Below, in pieces: positions 1-9,079 of a stretch of DNA of 64,000 bases. Position 1 is the stretch's first letter. Every line of letters starts with the position of its first letter. The stretch lies in contig JAWLAT010000004.1 of the NCBI GenBank assembly GCA_041395325.1, positions 230,684 to 294,683 on the forward strand, read 5' to 3'. This stretch comes from Lysobacterales bacterium (GTDB lineage Bacteria; Pseudomonadota; Gammaproteobacteria; Xanthomonadales; SZUA-5). Both the position numbers and the translations under genes were made by a program. The notes below the pieces were generated by a model. The model did no database searches. It saw only the letters and a program-made list of their open reading frames with translations, and was not told where the DNA came from.

Positions 1-2
1 AG

Positions 3-767
3 GTGCTCGCAGCGGTCGCCATGCAGCGCGGCGATCTGGCCTCGGCGCGGCAGACCTATCAACAATCCGCCGACCGTATTCGCGCCGATCTCGGTGATGA
101 CGCGGTGGAACGACAGATGACGTTGAACAACCTCGCCGCCGTCGAACTGCGGATGGACCTGCCCGAGGCTGCTGCGGCGAACTATCGCGAATCGATACGC
201 ATCGCGCGGGTCAGACTGGGTCCGGATCACCGCGATCAGGCCCTGCCACAGCTGGGCCTGGGCATGGCCTTGCGCGTTGTCGGGTCAACCGAGGATGCCA
301 TCGCACAACTGCGCGAGGCAGTGCAGATCTATCGACAGTGGGATGGCGTCGACCATCCGGCCACCGCCTACGCCCAGTTGCTGCTGGCCGAGACCCTGTG
401 GCTCAGCGCTCAAGCCGAGCAGGCACGGGAAGCATTGGGGACGGCCCCGAAGGTGCTGTACGAACGCAATGGCCCGCGCAACGGACAGACCTGCCGGGCG
501 AGCATGCTGCAACTCGTTCTGTCCCTGCCGACGTCTGCACCGGCGGACGCTGAAGCCTGGGACGCGGCGGTGAGCTGTCTGGCCGATCCGGCTGCGCCCG
601 CGGCCATGCAACTGCTGGCGGCCTGGGGCAGTCAGCAGCGCCAGGCCGCGCTGGCTGCACCGATCAGCCCAGGTGAGCGCGACGCGCTCGCGGCGCAGGG
701 CGATGCCATGCAACCGAGGGACGCCACGCTGCATGCTGCGCTGCAGCTGTGGCTGGAGACGCACTGA
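3..767 (+). CDS. TPR-like helical repeat protein, C-terminal fragment (5' end outside window)
   Basis: The ORF is open to the window start. It is Ala/Leu-rich with repeats resembling TPR-like helical hairpins. No catalytic motif was recognised. Confidence 0.4.
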   Translation: MLAAVAMQRGDLASARQTYQQSADRIRADLGDDAVERQMTLNNLAAVELRMDLPEAAAANYRESIRIARVRLGPDHRDQALPQLGLGMALRVVGSTEDAIAQLREAVQIYRQWDGVDHPATAYAQLLLAETLWLSAQAEQAREALGTAPKVLYERNGPRNGQTCRASMLQLVLSLPTSAPADAEAWDAAVSCLADPAAPAAMQLLAAWGSQQRQAALAAPISPGERDALAAQGDAMQPRDATLHAALQLWLETH

Positions 768-776
768 GATGGTCGT

Positions 777-1394
777 TCAGGCTGGCTCGGTGAGCAGCGC
801 GCCAGGATCCAGATAGAACATCCTGCGCCAGCCCTGAGTCTGGCGTGTCGCCAGCCAGGGCAACGGGATGAGTGACAGCACCGTGTAGTGCAGATGCGGC
901 GACTTGCCCACCGCATTGCCACTGCTCCCGACGGCGCCAATGGGCGTGCCGCTGGCCACCAGCCAGGGTTCGTCGGCGAAGCTCGACAGATGGGCGTAGT
1001 AGTGGATACGCCATTTTGGCCCGAGCACGGCGACGACTTGCCCGCCCAGCTTCAGTTCCCCCCGAAAGACCACGATGCCTGCGGTTGCCGAAACCACCGG
1101 ACGGCCAGTGGGCGCGAAGATGTCGATGCCCTTGTGCACACCCGAGGCGCCCCAGGGCTCATGCCAGAAGGTCCTGGGGTTCCAGTCTGCTCGGCTGGCC
1201 CCAGCCACCGGAATCTGCGCGCGCTCCGGGAGCAGCAGTCCGGCGGTGAACAACAACAGTGCCCCGAGTGTCCAGCGGCGCCATCTACGCGGGCGGAGAA
1301 CCTGCAGGTCAGGTGCTGCGCCGGCGATGCTTGTCCGTGTCAGCGGGTCTGACTGATCGCTATCAGCATCACTCGGTGCTGCCGCCACCGCCAT
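777..1394 (-). CDS. M23 family metallopeptidase (LytM-like), N-terminal membrane anchor
   Basis: The track ORF is 777..1640, but DeaD occupies 1394 upward, so the start was trimmed to the ATG at 1394..1392. The protein has a hydrophobic N-terminus (WTLGALLLFTAGLL) and M23 motifs (HKGIDIF, HLHY). Its ATG overlaps the deaD TGA (TGATG). Confidence 0.75.
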   Translation of the reverse strand: MAVAAAPSDADSDQSDPLTRTSIAGAAPDLQVLRPRRWRRWTLGALLLFTAGLLLPERAQIPVAGASRADWNPRTFWHEPWGASGVHKGIDIFAPTGRPVVSATAGIVVFRGELKLGGQVVAVLGPKWRIHYYAHLSSFADEPWLVASGTPIGAVGSSGNAVGKSPHLHYTVLSLIPLPWLATRQTQGWRRMFYLDPGALLTEPA

Positions 1395-3388
1395 CAATCG
1401 CCTCGTGGCTTGTAGCTCTTGCCAGGTGGCTTGCCGGCCGGTTTGCCGGGCCCCTTGAAGCGATCCGGCTTGCTCGGTCGATGCGACGCGCTGGGTGGGC
1501 GATCGGACTTGGGCGCAAAGCGCTTCGGGCCTGGCTTGGCGGGTCGGCTGAAATCGGGCTTGCCGGCCGGCGTCTTGCGGGCACTGAAGCGGGGGGCGCC
1601 GCTGTCCGGCCGGATGCGCAGCTGCCGACCGGAGACCCACACACCGGCCAGATGATTGAGCACCTCGGGACCGAGCTGCGGGGGCAGTTCGACCAGACTG
1701 AAGGCTTCCTCGATCTGCACGCGGCCGATCTGTCGGCGATCCAGCCCGACCTCGTTGGCGATGGCGCCGACGATATTGCCGGGCTGCACGCCATGGCGGT
1801 GGCCGACTTCGATACGGTAGGGCACCAGTTCATCGTTGCCACCCGGACGCGGTCCGCGTTTGCCGGGATTGGCTGCGTAGCCGGTCGCTGGGGTGCCCGC
1901 CGCGGCAGGGGCATCCATGCCGCGACCGGATTGCTCGGCGTAGCGATCCCGGTAGGGCGAACCACCGGGGGCCGGACGGTCGGCGTTGGACCGATCGCGC
2001 GGATGTGGCTGACGCTCGCGCTTGGGCGGCGGTGGTGGATCGGGCTGCAGCAATAGCGGCTGGTCGCCCTGGGCGGCGCGCGCCAGGGCCGCGGCGACAT
2101 CCAGCGAGGGAATCTCGTTGTCGTGGACGAAGCGCGCCAGCAAGGACTTGAACGGCTCCAGATCACCCTCGGCAAGCACACTCTGGATGCGCTCGAAGAA
2201 GCGGGCAATGCGCTGGTCATTAACCTTGTCCGCCGTGGGCGGATTGAAGGCTTCGATCGGTTGCCGGGTGGATCGTTCGATGGCCCGCAGCAAGTGGCGT
2301 TCGCGTGCGGTGACAAACAGGATCGCCTCGCCGGTGCGTCCGGCCCGACCGGTGCGGCCGATGCGATGCACATAGGATTCCGGGTCGGTGGGAATGTCGT
2401 AGTTGACGACATGGCTGACCCGATCCACATCCAGGCCGCGTGCGGCCACATCGGTGGCCACCAGGATGTCCAGATCACCGTTGCGGAAGCGGTTGACCGT
2501 GCGCTCTCGTTGCGCCTGCTGGATGTCGCCATTGAGCGGCGCGGCGGCAAAACCGCGCGCACTGAGCTTCTCGGCCAACTCCTCGGTGGCGATCTTGGTG
2601 CGGGCGAAGATGATCATCCCGTCGAAGTCTTCGGTCTCCAGCAGCCGGGTCAGGGCGTCCAGCTTGAGCAGTCCGCCGACCAGCCACGCACGCTGCCGGA
2701 TGTTGGCCGCCGTGGCCGTGCGGGCCATGGTCGACAGCTCGACCGGTTCGCGCAGGTGTGCCTGCGCGATGCGCCGGATCGGTGCCGGCATCGTGGCCGA
2801 GAACAACGCCACCTGCCGCTCCGGCGGCGTCTGCCCGATGATCTTCTCGACATCGTCGATGAAGCCCATCCGCAGCATCTCGTCGGCTTCATCGAGCACC
2901 AGACAACGCAGTTCGTCCAGCTTCAAGCTGCCGCGGTCGATGTGGTCGATGATGCGCCCGGGGGTGCCAACCACGACCTGCACGCCGCGGCGCAGCGCCG
3001 CCAGCTGTGGCCCATAGCCCTGGCCACCGTAGATCGGCAGCACATGGAAACTCGGTTGGCCGTGGGCATAGCGCTGGAAGGCTTCGGCCACCTGGATGGC
3101 CAGTTCGCGAGTCGGCGCCAGCACCAGTGCTTGCGGGCTGCGTTGCTCCGGATCCAGTCGCGCCAGGATGGGCAGCGCGAAGGCCGCCGTCTTGCCGGTA
3201 CCGGTCTGGGCCTGGCCCAGCACGTCACGGCCTGCCAGCAGCGGCGGAATGGTCGCGGCCTGGATGGGCGAAGGGGATTCGTAGCCAACCTCGCTGAGGG
3301 CGCGCAGCAGGACGTCGGGCAGGCCCAGATCGGCGAAGCTGCCGGCGGGGTCGGCAGCAGGGGCAGGTGAGGTCGTGTTCAAGATCAC
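1394..3388 (-). CDS. deaD: DEAD-box ATP-dependent RNA helicase (DeaD/CsdA-like)
   Basis: The Q-motif, GTGKT, DEAD, SAT and HRIGRTGR motifs are present. The C-terminus has a DbpA-type RNA-binding domain plus a basic Lys/Pro/Gly tail. The N-terminus of the track ORF (to 3520) lacks helicase homology, so the start was set at the GTG at 3388 just before SFADLGL. The exact start is uncertain. Confidence 0.85.
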   Translation of the reverse strand: MILNTTSPAPAADPAGSFADLGLPDVLLRALSEVGYESPSPIQAATIPPLLAGRDVLGQAQTGTGKTAAFALPILARLDPEQRSPQALVLAPTRELAIQVAEAFQRYAHGQPSFHVLPIYGGQGYGPQLAALRRGVQVVVGTPGRIIDHIDRGSLKLDELRCLVLDEADEMLRMGFIDDVEKIIGQTPPERQVALFSATMPAPIRRIAQAHLREPVELSTMARTATAANIRQRAWLVGGLLKLDALTRLLETEDFDGMIIFARTKIATEELAEKLSARGFAAAPLNGDIQQAQRERTVNRFRNGDLDILVATDVAARGLDVDRVSHVVNYDIPTDPESYVHRIGRTGRAGRTGEAILFVTARERHLLRAIERSTRQPIEAFNPPTADKVNDQRIARFFERIQSVLAEGDLEPFKSLLARFVHDNEIPSLDVAAALARAAQGDQPLLLQPDPPPPPKRERQPHPRDRSNADRPAPGGSPYRDRYAEQSGRGMDAPAAAGTPATGYAANPGKRGPRPGGNDELVPYRIEVGHRHGVQPGNIVGAIANEVGLDRRQIGRVQIEEAFSLVELPPQLGPEVLNHLAGVWVSGRQLRIRPDSGAPRFSARKTPAGKPDFSRPAKPGPKRFAPKSDRPPSASHRPSKPDRFKGPGKPAGKPPGKSYKPRGD

Positions 3389-3461
3389 TCCAGGCCGAAC
3401 GGCAGCAGCGCCGTTGGAGTGCCTATTGTGACGGTTGCGGGCTGAATCGGGAAACAGATTC

Positions 3462-3500
3462 AAAAAAAGCCCCCATCCGGGAGAGAGGTCGGATGGGGGT
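3462..3500 (-). terminator. rho-independent terminator downstream of ompW
   Basis: On the minus strand the sequence CCCCCATCCG-loop-CGGATGGGGG is followed by CTTTTTTTG. Confidence 0.7.
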
Positions 3501-3547
3501 TGGGGTCGACGGTGCGGCAATCACGCCGCACCGGTTTGCTGCTGCAA

Positions 3548-4144
3548 TCAGAAGCGGTAGAGCAGGTAGGCGCCGTAGGCCAGCGGATCCACTTCGGCTT
3601 CGCCGATGTCGGCGCCATCGAGCGTCACATCCGTATTCAGGTCGATCCAACGGATGTCGGCGCCCAGCGACCAGCGCTCGTTGAGCTTGAAGTCGATGCC
3701 GGCATGCGCGGCCAGACCGAAGCTGTCATCCAGGCGCAGCCGCGAACCGGCGATCGGGCCCTTGGACTCTTCGTCGTAGATGAAGGTGTAATTCAGGCCG
3801 GCGCCGATGTAGGGAGACACCGAACCTTCCGGATTGAAGTGATACTGCAGCGTCACCGTCGGCGGCAGATGGGTGATCTCGCCGATCTTGGTACCGCCGG
3901 TGCGGATCTCATGCTCGAAGGGCACCGCCGCCAGCACTTCCACGCCCCAGTTGGGCGTCCACAGATACTCGACCATCAGCGACGGGCGGGTGTTGCTGTC
4001 GACATCGATCGGCAGCGTCCCGGCCAGGGTGCCGTTGTCACTCTTCGGGTCGACCACATGCGCACCGAGCTTGACCGTCCAGTCACCGGCCAGCGCTTGC
4101 TGACCCAGGGCGGCGAGCAATGCGATTGCCAGAATGCGTTTCAT
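3548..4144 (-). CDS. ompW: OmpW family outer-membrane protein
   Basis: It has the signal peptide MKRILAIALLAALGQQALA and an OmpW-like beta-barrel sequence ending in YRF. The start was taken at the internal ATG at 4144. Confidence 0.85.
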   Translation of the reverse strand: MKRILAIALLAALGQQALAGDWTVKLGAHVVDPKSDNGTLAGTLPIDVDSNTRPSLMVEYLWTPNWGVEVLAAVPFEHEIRTGGTKIGEITHLPPTVTLQYHFNPEGSVSPYIGAGLNYTFIYDEESKGPIAGSRLRLDDSFGLAAHAGIDFKLNERWSLGADIRWIDLNTDVTLDGADIGEAEVDPLAYGAYLLYRF

Positions 4145-4410
4145 CTTGAAGCTCCATCGTGAAGAAGTGATGGGCTCAGTTTGGGTGTCGCCGCTTCGCC
4201 GCAGTTGATCGCCATCAACTGATGTTGGGCATCGAAGCGTGCTGCGTTCGGCCGCTTGATTTGCGTCAACTGGAGGACGCCTTGGCGACCGGATCGCCAC
4301 ACCAGACCTCCGGCCGACCCACTGGGCCGGCGCGCGAGTTCGTCACCAGAAAAAAGCCCCGACGATCTGGTCGGGGCCTTGGGTGGATGCCGTACCGGCG
4401 GCAGTGGGTG

Positions 4411-5427
4411 CTACAGCCCGCGGTCGCCGGAGATGATGTCGCCCAGACCACCGAGGATGGAGCCCTCGCCGCGGTCACGGCCGCCGGCTTGCGGCGCGGC
4501 GGCGAAGATCCGGCCGGCCAGTCGGGAGAACGGCAGGCTCTGAATCCAGACCTTGCCCGGACCTGTCAGCTTGGCGAAGAACACGCCTTCGCCGCCGAAG
4601 ATCATCGACTTGATGCCGCCGACCTGTTCGATGTCAAAGCCCACCGACGCGGTGAAGGCGGCCACGCAGCCGGTGTCGACATGCAACACCTCACCAGCCT
4701 GCAACTCGCGTTCGGTGATGGTGCCGCCGGCGTGGACGAAGACCAGGCCATCGCCCTCGAGCTTCTGCATGATGAAGCCTTCGCCACCGAACAACGCGGT
4801 CATGATCTTGCGCTGGAAGAAGATGCCGATCTGCACGCCTTTGGCGGCGCACAGAAACGCGTCCTTCTGGCAGATGATCTGGCCACCGAAGTTGCTCAGC
4901 GTCATCGGCACGATGGTGCCCGGGTAGGGGGCGGCAAAGGCAACGTGGGCCTTGCCGCTGCCGCCGGTGTGGCTGAACACCGTGGTGAACAGACTCTCAC
5001 CGGTGATCAGGCGCTTGCCGGCGCCAACCAGCTTGTCGAGAAAGCCCCCGCCAGCGGATTTGGCCGAGCCGTCGCCGAACACCGTGTCCATCTTGACGAC
5101 GGCGTCCTTGTACATCATCGAACCGGCTTCGGCGACGCAGCTTTCGCCCGGATCCAGTTCGACTTCGACGAACTGCATGTCCTCGCCGAAGATCTTGTAG
5201 TCGATGACATCGGCGCTCTGGGTAGCCAGCGCAGTGGGCGCGGCCGGCACCAGGGCGCCGGTGGGCGCGCTGGCAGTGAGTTCGGCCACGTGCTCGATGG
5301 CGACCCACTCGGCAAACCCCTGGCGCCAGCAGAAGCCATCCTTGCGCTGTTGCGCCTGACGAATGGCGCTGGACTGGTCGAGCGGGCCGACCTGCTGGCC
5401 GTCATAGCTGAAGTACCACTGATGCAT
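4411..5427 (-). CDS. TIGR00266/AIM24 family protein with N-terminal DUF4339 (GYF-like) domain
   Basis: The N-terminus MHQWYFSYDGQQVGPL...GFCWRQGFAEWVAI is DUF4339-like. The C-terminal body is AIM24-like and glycine-rich (GESLFTTVF, GGTITERELQAGEVLHVDTG). The ATG at 5427 has a GGAG RBS upstream. Confidence 0.7.
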   Translation of the reverse strand: MHQWYFSYDGQQVGPLDQSSAIRQAQQRKDGFCWRQGFAEWVAIEHVAELTASAPTGALVPAAPTALATQSADVIDYKIFGEDMQFVEVELDPGESCVAEAGSMMYKDAVVKMDTVFGDGSAKSAGGGFLDKLVGAGKRLITGESLFTTVFSHTGGSGKAHVAFAAPYPGTIVPMTLSNFGGQIICQKDAFLCAAKGVQIGIFFQRKIMTALFGGEGFIMQKLEGDGLVFVHAGGTITERELQAGEVLHVDTGCVAAFTASVGFDIEQVGGIKSMIFGGEGVFFAKLTGPGKVWIQSLPFSRLAGRIFAAAPQAGGRDRGEGSILGGLGDIISGDRGL

Positions 5428-5476
5428 GGCGATCTCCTTGGATGTTCGGGAGGAAGGTGCAGCGATTCTTGAAGAA

Positions 5477-5519
5477 GGGCCCAGGGCCCAGGGCTCAGGG
5501 CACAGGGCACAGGGCCCAG
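5477..5519. repeat. tandem heptamer array (CCAGGGC/TCAGGGC/ACAGGGC, about 6 units)
   Basis: The heptamer periodicity is directly visible. It belongs to the same repeat family as 7488-7626, 44917-44940, 45934-45962 and 54172-54320. Confidence 0.8.
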
Positions 5520-5555
5520 AGTTGGAAGTTCTGGCGCGTTGGGCGCCGGTTGCCG

Positions 5556-6197
5556 TCATCCCAGCAGCGGGGCGAGCTGGGCTTCCAGCAGTCGGCGATC
5601 TTGTTCGTTCAGTCCCAGCCTGTTGCCCCATTGATCCAGCCAGGCGCGCTCGGCGGGCGTGTCGATGCTGATCGCCAGCACCGCGGCGCCATACAGATCG
5701 CTGGCCAGCTCCGGTCGCGCCCGAGCGGCGAGCGTCGCGGCATCCGGTGGCTGGTCCAGTGCGGCCATCAGCTGCTGTCGTTCGGCACTGCTCAGCTCCA
5801 GTTGCATGGCCTTTTCCAGAATGGTGGCCCGCTCCTGCGCGTCGATCTGACCATCGGCATGCGCCGCGGCAATCATCACTTCCAGCACCAACAACAGATC
5901 GGACTGACTCGGCGGCGCGGGCGTCGACGCCCCCCGGGGTGGTGGTGGCGGCGGAGGCATCGCCTGCGGGTGGGCGGCCAGTGGTTGCGGCGGCGGCATT
6001 CCACCAGCGGCCGGCGCGCTGGCCTTCTGCTGGCCCTGATAGTGCTCCCAGGCCGCGAAGGCGACGCCAAGCAGGCCGACGCCGACCTGCGCCTTGCCGA
6101 TGCCCAAGCCACCGAGCATTGACGAAGTGCCGCGGTTGCGACGGCGGCCACCCATGCCGCCCATCAGCAGATCACCAAGCAAGCGCTCCACATTCAT
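5556..6197 (-). CDS. DUF533 (YebE-like, TerB-fold) inner-membrane protein
   Basis: The C-terminal DUF533 signature reads DLLLVLEVMIAAAHADGQIDAQER...WLDQWGNRLGL. The start is the ATG at 6197; the upstream part of the track ORF overlaps dgkA antisense. Confidence 0.7.
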   Translation of the reverse strand: MNVERLLGDLLMGGMGGRRRNRGTSSMLGGLGIGKAQVGVGLLGVAFAAWEHYQGQQKASAPAAGGMPPPQPLAAHPQAMPPPPPPPRGASTPAPPSQSDLLLVLEVMIAAAHADGQIDAQERATILEKAMQLELSSAERQQLMAALDQPPDAATLAARARPELASDLYGAAVLAISIDTPAERAWLDQWGNRLGLNEQDRRLLEAQLAPLLG

Positions 6198-6374
6198 CGC
6201 TGCACCCACCTGCAGTCCATGGAAAGGGACGCGATTGTAGCCCCGGCTGTCGCTCGAGGCGGCTTTGGGCTTCCCTTGTTCGCTCGCCGAGCGCAGTGCC
6301 ACAATCCGCGCCCGCAACCTGCGCCGGTCGCCTTGTGCCGTCGGGCGGGGAGTCGCCTCGTTTCGGACACAGCC

Positions 6375-6758
6375 ATGGCCAACGTCGTTTCGCGCGGACC
6401 GCGACAGATCCTGCTCGCCCTGCGCTACTCCCTCAAGGGCCTGTCGGCCGCCTACCGATATGAAGCCTCGTTCCGGCTGGAGGCCCAGCTGTTCGTGGTG
6501 CTCGCTCCGCTGGGCTTGTGGTTTGGCCACGGGCCTTTGGAGAAGGCCTGGCTGGTGGCCAGCCTGCTGCTGGTGCTGATGGCCGAGTTGCTCAATGGCG
6601 CGATCGAGGCGGTGGTCGACAAGACCACACCGGAGTTTCACGAGCTGGCCGGACGGGCCAAGGACATGGGCTCGGCCGCGGTGTTCCTGTGCATGGTCAA
6701 TGTGGTGCTGAGCTACAGCCTCATTCTGCTGCTGCCGTGGTGGGCGCATGCCGTCTGA
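6375..6758 (+). CDS. dgkA: diacylglycerol kinase
   Basis: It is DgkA-like across its length (SFRLEAQLFVVLAPL..., ELLNGAIEAVVD) and about 127 aa, the typical size for this family. Confidence 0.85.
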   Translation: MANVVSRGPRQILLALRYSLKGLSAAYRYEASFRLEAQLFVVLAPLGLWFGHGPLEKAWLVASLLLVLMAELLNGAIEAVVDKTTPEFHELAGRAKDMGSAAVFLCMVNVVLSYSLILLLPWWAHAV

Positions 6759-6773
6759 GCGGGGCCGCTGAGC

Positions 6774-7496
6774 ATGGAAGGCTTGCTGACGGCCGACGTC
6801 TGGGTGGCGCTGCTGACGCTGGCGGCGCTGGGGATCGTCCTGGGCATCGACAACCTGGTGTTTCTGTCGATCGTGACCGGGCGCTTGCCAGCCGAGCAGC
6901 GCCCACGGGCGCGACAGGTCGGGCTGATCCTAGCCTGTGGCACGCGTATCCTGCTGTTGCTGACGCTGGCTTGGATGGCCAGCCTCACCGGTGAGCTGTT
7001 CCGCATCCTCGACCTGTCGATCTCGATCCGCGATCTGGTGTTGATCCTCGGCGGTCTGTTCCTGCTGGTGAAGGCGACCATGGAGATTCACGAATCGGTC
7101 GAGGGCAGCGACGCCGCCGTCGCAGTCACCCCAGCGATGAGTTTCGGTAGCGCGATCGTTCAGATCGCCATCATCGACATCGTGTTTTCGCTGGACAGCG
7201 TGATCACCGCCGTCGGCATGGCGCGCCAGGTCTGGGTCATGGTTGCGGCGATCCTGCTGGCCGTTGCCGTGATGTTGCTGGCTGCCAATCGAATCGGCGA
7301 GTTCATCGAGCGTCACCCCACCATCAAGATGCTGGCGCTATCGTTCCTGATCCTCGTGGGCGTGGCGCTGATTGCCGATGGACTGGATTTCCACATTCCC
7401 CGTCAGTACCTGTACTTCGCGATGGCCTTCTCGGCTGGCGTGGAGGCACTCAACATGCTGGCCAGGTCACGGCGCTCGGATTCAAGTCAGGGCTAA
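6774..7496 (+). CDS. TerC family integral membrane protein
   Basis: It has a multi-TM TerC signature (GIDNLVFLSIV..., IDIVFSLDSVITAVGM). Confidence 0.85.
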   Translation: MEGLLTADVWVALLTLAALGIVLGIDNLVFLSIVTGRLPAEQRPRARQVGLILACGTRILLLLTLAWMASLTGELFRILDLSISIRDLVLILGGLFLLVKATMEIHESVEGSDAAVAVTPAMSFGSAIVQIAIIDIVFSLDSVITAVGMARQVWVMVAAILLAVAVMLLAANRIGEFIERHPTIKMLALSFLILVGVALIADGLDFHIPRQYLYFAMAFSAGVEALNMLARSRRSDSSQG

Positions 7497-7626
7497 GGGC
7501 TCAGGGCTGAGGGGCGGCGAGGGCTTTGCCCGTCCTGGTGCCTGTTCCGCCCACCAAAGGCTCGCCGATCGGGTCGAGTTGCTGGCGCTTTTCCCTGACC
7601 CCTCGGCCCTGAGCGCTGAGCCCTAT
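7488..7626. repeat. MITE-like element with heptamer-repeat arms in inverted orientation
   Basis: The left arm (7488-7525) is CAGGGCTAAGGGCTCAGGGCTGAGGGG. The right arm (7598-7626) is CCTCGGCCCTGAGCGCTGAGCCCT, its approximate reverse complement. They are separated by about 70 bp. Confidence 0.6.
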
Positions 7627-7664
7627 TCTCCGGCTCCAAACCTTCAGACCTGCCGGGGGATCCG

Positions 7665-9041
7665 ATGACCTCCGCCCTGATCTGGCTGCGCCGGGACCTG
7701 CGCCTGCATGACCACCGGCCACTGCAGCACGCCATCGAGCAGGGTCTGCGGCCCATCCTGGTCTACGTCCACGCGCCCGACGAGGAAGCGCCCTGGCAGC
7801 CGGGCGGGGCCAGCTGCTGGTGGCTGCATCGCAGCCTGCAGGCGCTGAGCGAGGCCGTCGACAAGCTTGGCGGGCGCCTGATCCTGCGTCGCGGGCCGAC
7901 GCTGGAAACACTGCGAAAGCTGGTCGATGAATCCGACGCCAAGGCCGTCTACTGGCAGCGCCTGTACGACCCCGCCACGATCGAGCGGGACAGCGAGATC
8001 AAGCGCGAACTGCGCGCCGATGGCCTGGACGCGCGCAGTTTCGGCGGCTATCTGCTGTCCGAGCCCGACGCCTTCAGCACCGGCAGTGGTGATCCCTATC
8101 GCGTCTTCACGCCGTACTGGCGGCGCCTGAAACCGACCCTGGACGAGTTGGCCCCGCCGCTGCCGGCTCCGGCCGCGTTGCCGAGCTGCGAGCTGTCGTC
8201 GCTGTCGCTGGATGTGCTGGGACTGCTGCCGCGAATTCACTGGTACCAGGGCATGGACGAGGCCTGGACGCCGGGCGAGTGCGGCGCCATCGAAGAACTG
8301 GTGCGATTCGCCGACGAGGCGCTGGATGATTACGGCAAGGCCCGCGACCTGCCGGCGCAGCCCGGGACCTCAAGACTGTCGCCGCACCTGCATTTTGGCG
8401 AGATCTCGCCTGCGCAGATTGTCGACAGCCTGCGTGGCGCGGACGGCGCCGCGCCCTTCCTGCGCGAGTTGGGTTGGCGCGATTTCTCCTACAACCTGCT
8501 GCGCCATTTCCCGCAGACCACCGAGCGGAACCTCAATCCGCGCTTCGATGCCTTTCCCTGGGCCGATGAGAATGCTGAGCAACTGCAGGCCTGGCAGCGC
8601 GGCCGAACCGGCATTCCGATCGTCGACGCCGGTATGCGCGAGCTCTGGCACACGGGTTGGATGCACAACCGCGTGCGCATGCTGGTGGCTTCCCTGCTGA
8701 CCAAGAATCTGCGGCTGCACTGGCTGCGCGGCGCGCGCTGGTTCTGGGACACACTGGTCGATGCCGATCTGGCCAACAACACCCAGGGCTGGCAATGGAC
8801 CGCCGGGACCGGCGCCGACGCCGCGCCCTATTTCCGCATCTTCAACCCGGTGACGCAGGGCGAGCGCTTCGATCCCGATGGTGCCTATGTCCGTCGCTGG
8901 ATCCCTGAGCTCAAGGGCCTCCCCAACCGCTACATCCATCAACCGTGGTCGGCCGGTGGCGTGCAGGGCTACCCCAAGCCCATCGTCGATCTCGGCGAGA
9001 CCCGGGCCGAGGCACTGGCGGCCTTCAAGGCCTTGGATTGA
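7665..9041 (+). CDS. phrB: deoxyribodipyrimidine photolyase (CPD photolyase/cryptochrome family)
   Basis: The N-terminal alpha/beta domain (LIWLRRDLRLHDH) and the C-terminal FAD-binding domain (GWMHNRVRMLVASLL, WQWTAGTG) are both present. Confidence 0.9.
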   Translation: MTSALIWLRRDLRLHDHRPLQHAIEQGLRPILVYVHAPDEEAPWQPGGASCWWLHRSLQALSEAVDKLGGRLILRRGPTLETLRKLVDESDAKAVYWQRLYDPATIERDSEIKRELRADGLDARSFGGYLLSEPDAFSTGSGDPYRVFTPYWRRLKPTLDELAPPLPAPAALPSCELSSLSLDVLGLLPRIHWYQGMDEAWTPGECGAIEELVRFADEALDDYGKARDLPAQPGTSRLSPHLHFGEISPAQIVDSLRGADGAAPFLRELGWRDFSYNLLRHFPQTTERNLNPRFDAFPWADENAEQLQAWQRGRTGIPIVDAGMRELWHTGWMHNRVRMLVASLLTKNLRLHWLRGARWFWDTLVDADLANNTQGWQWTAGTGADAAPYFRIFNPVTQGERFDPDGAYVRRWIPELKGLPNRYIHQPWSAGGVQGYPKPIVDLGETRAEALAAFKALD

Positions 9042-9079
9042 CGCCCGCCGTTCGAGGCATCCCTCCGGGTGCGGCGAGC

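Noticed and set aside
1369-3370. Long antisense/alternate-frame ORFs inside deaD (1369..2562 -, 2123..3370 +, 2403..3017 +)
   Set aside because: They fully overlap a gene with unmistakable helicase motifs. Their Arg/Pro/Ala-rich composition is typical of out-of-frame translation of high-GC DNA.
5477-5519. CRISPR array
   Set aside because: The repeat unit is only 7 bp and is tandem without spacers. No cas genes are nearby.
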